Below, piece by piece: positions 32,244-34,635 of a stretch of 34,635 bases of DNA (within the stretch, counting starts at the first letter, position 1; each line of letters starts with the position of its first letter). The stretch comes from Octopus sinensis (taxonomy: Eukaryota). The notes under the pieces are model-generated. The model was not told the DNA's origin. It made no database searches and worked only from the letters and a program-made list of their open reading frames with translations. The position numbers were made by a program, and so were the translations under genes. The stretch is from assembly GCF_006345805.1 (NCBI RefSeq), contig NW_021831721.1, positions 1-34,635 of the forward strand. Reading direction: 5' to 3'.

Positions 32244-32699
32244 CTTTTTCTATTTCTATTCCTGAGTGCCATACTAATACATTGTTTGTTTGTATTCCAC
32301 CTGCCTTTGTCTTTTGTTTATTTTCGTAAACCTTCCCGTTATACATATATATATATATATATATATACGACGAGCTTCTTTCAGTTTCCGTCTACCAAAT
32401 CCACTCACAAGGCTTTGGTCGGCCTGAGGCTATAGCAGAATACACTTGCCCAAGGTGCCATGCAGTGGGACTGAATCCAGAACCATGTGGTTGGTAAGCA
32501 AGCTACTTACCACACAGCCACTCCTATGCCTATATTAATTTTTTTTTTAATTCATTATGATATGTGGTTTGTGCCTGAAGAACATGTTTGAGATATTTCT
32601 TAACACATGAAACTATTATTAGCACTTAAAGACACATATATTGTGTCCGTTAAATAACTAAGACTTATCTCTCACCAGACGGAGTACATTTTTTGCTGA

Positions 32700-33110
32700 A
32701 TTTTCTATCATGGAACAGTACTTAATGTACATATACATTATATATATTATATATATATATATAGTACAGGTGCTTATACAGCTGGCATATACAGGTGCTT
32801 ACACTTATCAAGTACTCACCCTGAATTTATTATTATATGTTATATATTATAATATATATATATATATATATAGCTATAATATATATTAATGTATATATAT
32901 ATGTATGATATATATATATATATATTATATAAGATAATATATATCTACGTTATATATACATATATATATACATATATATATACATATATATATACATACA
33001 TATATATAATATAATATATAATTAGATATATATATATATATATATTATATATACATACATACATATATACATACTATAATATATATACACATAACATACT
33101 CAATACATAC
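32700..33110. repeat. Long imperfect (TA)n tract
   Basis: Read directly. Confidence 0.9.
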
Positions 33111-33214
33111 TGTAGAGGAGATAGTTTTGACTGAATCAAGCAAAAAATGATAAATGACTGAACCGAATAAAAGATAAACGATATTGACTACGATGGTAGT
33201 GGTGATGGTAATGT

Positions 33215-33230
33215 GATGATGATGATGATA

Positions 33231-33299
<69 letters not shown>

Positions 33300-33300
33300 G
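33215..33300. repeat. (GAT)n microsatellite grading into (GGT)n-like repeats
   Basis: Read directly; source of the poly-Met ORF. Confidence 0.95.
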
Positions 33301-33875
33301 TGTGGTGGTGGTGTGGTGGTGGTGGTGGTGTTAGTAATAATAGTAATACTGTTGCTGGTTGCAGCAGTGAAAGTGGTGATGGTTGGTTATGGTGTTGGTA
33401 CTAGTGACAAGGGTGGGGGGGAATGGTAGTAGCATTTGTAGAATGGTGTTTGCAGTCGTAATGACAGTCGTGGTTGTGTTGTAGTGGAATTAACGAGAGG
33501 TGTGTTGTTGTACCGTTGGAGTTGGTGGCGATGGACGCGATTGTTGTCGTAATGTCATTAGCCGTTTTAGAATGTTACCAGGTAACAGTGTCTATAGGAT
33601 TTGCTAGCACAGAGGTGTAAATACGAGCACGTGCATGTGAGTGTGTGTGTGTGTGTGTGTGCTTGCATTTGCGTGAGTGCATGTATGTGTTTGTGCATGA
33701 TTGCATGTGTATGTGTCTGTGTGCGAGTGCATGTGTGCACATGTATAAATAAAACACGAGAAGTAATATCAAAGGTGTAAATGTGTACATGCAAGTGTAT
33801 GTATGTGCATCTTTATGTCTATAAATGTGTGTGTGTATTCAAGTGTATTTTTAAACACACACATATATATATATA

Positions 33876-34326
33876 CCGGAGTAAACACATAAATGTGAAA
33901 CAAGGTGGAAAAAAGAGTACTCAAATATCAGGGGTAGAGTAATGTGCTTTATTTAAAGTATATATATATATATATATATATATATACCGGAGTAAACACA
34001 TAAATGTGAAACAAGGTGGAAAAATGAGTACTCAAATACCAGGGGTAGAGTAATGTGCTTTATTTAAAGTATATATATATATATATATAATAATAAATAT
34101 TAGGGAATATATATGTATATATACCAGAGTAAACACATAAATGTGAAACAAGGTGGAAAAAAGAGTACTCAAATACCAGGGGTAGAGTAATGTGCTTTAT
34201 TTAAAGTATATTTATATATATATATATATGTATATATACCAGAGTAAACACATAAATGTGAAACAAGGTGGAAAAAAGAGTACTCAAATACCAGGGGTAG
34301 AGTAATGTGCTTTATTTAAAGTATAT

Positions 34327-34360
<34 letters not shown>

Positions 34361-34439
34361 CCGGAGTAAACACATAAATGTGAAACAAGGTGGAAAAAAA
34401 GTACTCAAATACAGGGGTAGAGTATGTGCTTTATTAAAG

Positions 34440-34471
<32 letters not shown>

Positions 34472-34635
34472 GAGTAAACACATAAATGTGAAACAAGGTG
34501 GAAAAAGAGACTCAAATACCAGGGGTAGAGTAATGTGCTTTATTTAAAGTATATATATATAATATAATATATATATACCGGAGTAAACACATAAATGTGA
34601 AACAAGGTGGAAAAAAGTGTACTCAAATACCAGGG
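33876..34635. repeat. Tandem array of a ~85-bp unit separated by (TA)n (7 units, runs off the window)
   Basis: CC(G/A)GAGTAAACACATAAATGTGAAACAAGGTGG...TTTATTTAAAG starts at 33876, 33987, 34124, 34239, 34361, 34469 and 34578. Confidence 0.9.

Larger units (their letters stand above)
31967..32350. mobile_element. Inverted pair of family P1 pLTR-like arms (~180 bp each, 24-nt spacer)
   Basis: 31967-32147 vs 32172-32350 are reverse complements with about 6 differences; each arm carries the hammerhead-like motif. Confidence 0.8.
31826..32530 (-). mobile_element. SINE family A (tail lost) split by a palindromic insertion in its (TA)n
   Basis: 3' part at 31826-31940; head part at 32365-32530. Confidence 0.85.

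Noticed and set aside
33213-33404. Poly-Met ORF
   Set aside because: (GAT)n microsatellite.

Overview
AT-rich eukaryotic DNA with no recognisable intact host gene. The repeat families are most consistent with a cephalopod (Octopus-type) genome; this is inferred from family recognition, not a database search. Almost every ORF in the supplied track comes from microsatellites or SINEs. The real coding remnants are all transposon-derived: three RTE/BovB-type LINE fragments, three CR1-type 3' ends and a nested, partly triplicated Helitron (Pif1-like helicase) remnant that ends in a canonical CTAG|T. About 16 copies of one tRNA-derived SINE, several other SINE families, MITEs and compound microsatellites fill most of the rest. 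The most interesting signal is a set of short elements in or next to (TA)n tracts that carry type I minimal hammerhead-ribozyme motifs and long fold-backs. There are six motifs in four unrelated families, including one fully canonical copy at 25115-25213 and recurrent non-canonical cores. They look like Penelope-like pLTR remnants or non-LTR retrozyme-like units.
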